In this document: piece after piece, positions 55,803 through 58,136 of the stretch
Position numbering within the stretch: position 1 is the first letter of the stretch
How the letters are laid out: each line of letters opens with the position of its first letter
Origin: a virus
Taxonomy: Duplodnaviria; Caudoviricetes
Virus record (IMG/VR): IMGVR_UViG_3300019886_000006
Location: 1-58,136 of that record
Strand: one strand, 5' to 3'
DNA length: 58,136 nt
Notes under the pieces: generated by a model
Told to the model about the DNA's origin: nothing
Database searches by the model: none
What the model saw: only the letters and a program-made list of their open reading frames with translations
Position numbers and translations under genes: made by a program

Positions 55803-57881
55803 ATGGAGTTACAAGTAATAGATAGTCTAGATGGTTTGAAAAGACTTAAAAATATAATAGAAGAACTTGAATATATTGCATTCGATACTGAAACTACCGG
55901 GCTTTCTATTAAAGACGAAATCATAGGCTTTTCGATTTGTGGTGATGAGTCTATCGCCTATTACGTTATATTATCTAAATGGGATATTACAAATCATAAT
56001 ATGCAATACATAGATTACGGAGATGAAGTAAAGAACACTCTGAGTATGCTTAAAGGAAAGAAATTGATCTGTCATAATGGCATATTTGATTGCAAAATGG
56101 TAGAGGCCTATTTCAAAATCAAGTTAATAGAAAGTCTTCATACAGACACAATGGTATTAGCTCATTTACTTGATGAGAATAGGCGTATAGGGCTTAAAGA
56201 GCTTAGCGCATCTATTTTTGGCGAGTCCTCTACAATTGAACAAAAAGAAATGCTTAATAGTATTAAAGCTAATGGTGGAGAAGTAACTAAGGCAAAATAT
56301 GAGTTATTTAAAGCAAATCCTTACCTTATTGGTAAATATGGTGCTAAAGATGCTTGGCTTACTTATAAATTATTTTTGAAATTTGTACCTCAATTATACG
56401 AACAAAAACTAGATAAGTTTTTTTATGAAGACGAGTCTATGCCATTACTTCGTGGGCCTACATATGATCTTAACACGACTGGCTTCCAAATAGATACTTT
56501 AGCAGTTTTGGCCTTAAAAAAGTCATTACAAGCCGAGTGTGAAGAAGCCAAGGCATATATATATCAAGAAATAACTTCTTATATTAAAGATAAATACCCA
56601 GGTACGACTAAAAAGACTTTGTTTAATTTAGGGTCAAATCAACAAATGGCATGGTTATTATTTGGTCAGATGCAGCTAGAGTTCAATACTCTTACAGATT
56701 CAGGCAAGGAATTATGCCGAGAATTAGGCATGAAAATACCTTATACTAAATATGCTAAGAAGAATCTTATAGACACCCTTTTAAACAGCGCTGGTAAGCC
56801 TTACAAGCCCGGCTACCAGCATAATGATAAAATAGTAAAGCCCAAACTAATAAAAGAGCCTTGGGCCTATATAGCAGTAGATAAAGAGGCACTAAAGAAA
56901 CATGCCTCAAAACATAAATGGATAGCTAAGTTACTTGAGTATAATGCAAATAAAAAGATCTTGAATACCTATGTCTCAGCATTAGAACAAAAGCCTCAAT
57001 ACGGAATCATGCATGCAAACTTTAAACAAACAGGCACTACTTCTGGTAGATATAGCAGTAGTGATCCTAATCTACAGAACTTACCTAGAGATGAGAAACG
57101 TGTAAAGGCTTGTTTTGTATCTAGACCCGGCAAAGTATTCGTTTCAGCGGATTTTAGTCAGTTAGAACCACGTATTTTTAGCTATTACTCCCAAGACCCA
57201 ATACTTATGTCAGCTTTTACTAACGGATCTGATTTTTATTCAGTAGTAGGCATACCAGTATATAACAAACACGATGCATTGCCTATTAAAGACGGGCATC
57301 CAGACGCATTTGGTATCAAATATAAGAACTTAAGAGATTTATCTAAAGTAATAGCATTAGCCACAGCGTATGGTTCTACGGCTTACCAACTAATGAAGAC
57401 TACGGGTAAATCAGTAGAAGATACCCAGCATGATATGGACAGGTATTTCGAAGAATTCCCAGGGGTACAGAAAATGATGCAAGATGCCCATGATCTAGCA
57501 AAAATCAATGGGTATGTAACTAACATATTCGGTCGTCCTAGACGTATACCTCAAGCAAAAAATATTCCTCCTAAAATACAGCATAAAGACTTACCGTATG
57601 ATCAGCGCAATATCCTTAACTTAGCCGTGAATCATAGAATACAATCTACCGCTGCATCTATTTGTAATAGAGCTATGATAGCATTCTATAATAATGCCAT
57701 AAAATTAGATATTGACTGTAAAATCATTAGTCAAGTTCATGATGAGATAGTAATCGAATGTAAGGAACAAGATGCAGAAACAGCCCAGATATTGCTACAG
57801 GACGCCATGGAAAATACTGTTGTTTTGCCGGGAATGCCACTACAAGCTATTCCTATAATCTCTAAAACCTTAGCAAAATGA
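55803..57881 (+). CDS. Family A DNA polymerase with a 3'-5' exonuclease domain
   Basis: 'FDTETTG', 'HNGIFD', 'YGAKDA', 'TTSGRYSSSDPNLQNLP', motif A 'DFSQLEPR', motif B 'R..SK...LATAYG', motif C 'VHDE'. Confidence 0.96.
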   Translation: MELQVIDSLDGLKRLKNIIEELEYIAFDTETTGLSIKDEIIGFSICGDESIAYYVILSKWDITNHNMQYIDYGDEVKNTLSMLKGKKLICHNGIFDCKMVEAYFKIKLIESLHTDTMVLAHLLDENRRIGLKELSASIFGESSTIEQKEMLNSIKANGGEVTKAKYELFKANPYLIGKYGAKDAWLTYKLFLKFVPQLYEQKLDKFFYEDESMPLLRGPTYDLNTTGFQIDTLAVLALKKSLQAECEEAKAYIYQEITSYIKDKYPGTTKKTLFNLGSNQQMAWLLFGQMQLEFNTLTDSGKELCRELGMKIPYTKYAKKNLIDTLLNSAGKPYKPGYQHNDKIVKPKLIKEPWAYIAVDKEALKKHASKHKWIAKLLEYNANKKILNTYVSALEQKPQYGIMHANFKQTGTTSGRYSSSDPNLQNLPRDEKRVKACFVSRPGKVFVSADFSQLEPRIFSYYSQDPILMSAFTNGSDFYSVVGIPVYNKHDALPIKDGHPDAFGIKYKNLRDLSKVIALATAYGSTAYQLMKTTGKSVEDTQHDMDRYFEEFPGVQKMMQDAHDLAKINGYVTNIFGRPRRIPQAKNIPPKIQHKDLPYDQRNILNLAVNHRIQSTAASICNRAMIAFYNNAIKLDIDCKIISQVHDEIVIECKEQDAETAQILLQDAMENTVVLPGMPLQAIPIISKTLAK

Positions 57882-57965
57882 GCCAAATCCAATATAAACG
57901 ATTTGACAAAATAATTAAAATAAATTCTTCGATATTTCCCATTAGTTAGTACAGGAACAAATTAA

Positions 57966-58136
57966 ATGAGCGATAAAAAATTCGATTTTAATTCATTTTT
58001 TAAAAAACAAAAGCCAGTATTAAAAGTATACACTTATTGTGTAGACTGTAAATTCACTAAAAATAGTGACGATATATGGTTTCACGGGGATTATTCAAAA
58101 AAAGGACTGTGTAATGAGTGTGTTAAGGATCTTATA
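57966..58136 (+). CDS. 5' part of a Zn-finger (CxxC...CxxC) hypothetical protein that continues into 1..276
   Basis: Exactly 57 codons to the window end; 'CVDC...CNEC'. Confidence 0.6.
   Translation, partial: MSDKKFDFNSFFKKQKPVLKVYTYCVDCKFTKNSDDIWFHGDYSKKGLCNECVKDLI

Noticed and set aside
55803-57881. Intein or intron in the DNA polymerase (also considered for terminase and primase-helicase)
   Set aside because: The ORFs are continuous, with normally spaced motifs and no intein terminal signatures

Overview
The window looks like a complete, circularly permuted ~58 kb lytic dsDNA phage genome with a podovirus-like layout. An ORF at the right end (57966..58136) runs in frame into position 1. 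Gene order: late-regulator/terminase region, portal, scaffold, major capsid protein (MCP), an accessory island with a DNA methyltransferase, adaptor/nozzle/internal virion proteins, fibres and holin, then a minus-strand block (protease, MoxR AAA + VWA-peptidase, SF2 helicase), then a recombination/replication block (UvsY-like, RecA, SbcCD, Endo VII, SSB, primase-helicase, family A DNA polymerase). I recognised no integrase, tRNA or CRISPR array. Main observations: (1) the MCP gene is split into four exons by two full group I introns (one carrying an HNH endonuclease) and a 35-nt core-less 'mini-intron' that keeps a perfect P1, a P10 and a terminal G, so it may need a neighbouring ribozyme to splice; (2) twelve small ORFs share a C-terminal LT(K/R)LE(K/R)VIYG motif whose codons usually supply the start ATG or Shine-Dalgarno of the next gene; they alternate with the recombination genes and appear to split the helicase; (3) a 4-copy 18-bp late-promoter motif; (4) an in-frame TAA in the portal gene; (5) AxGG repeats in three virion-module proteins. 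All functional calls come from motif recognition and gene order by eye; no database searches were run.
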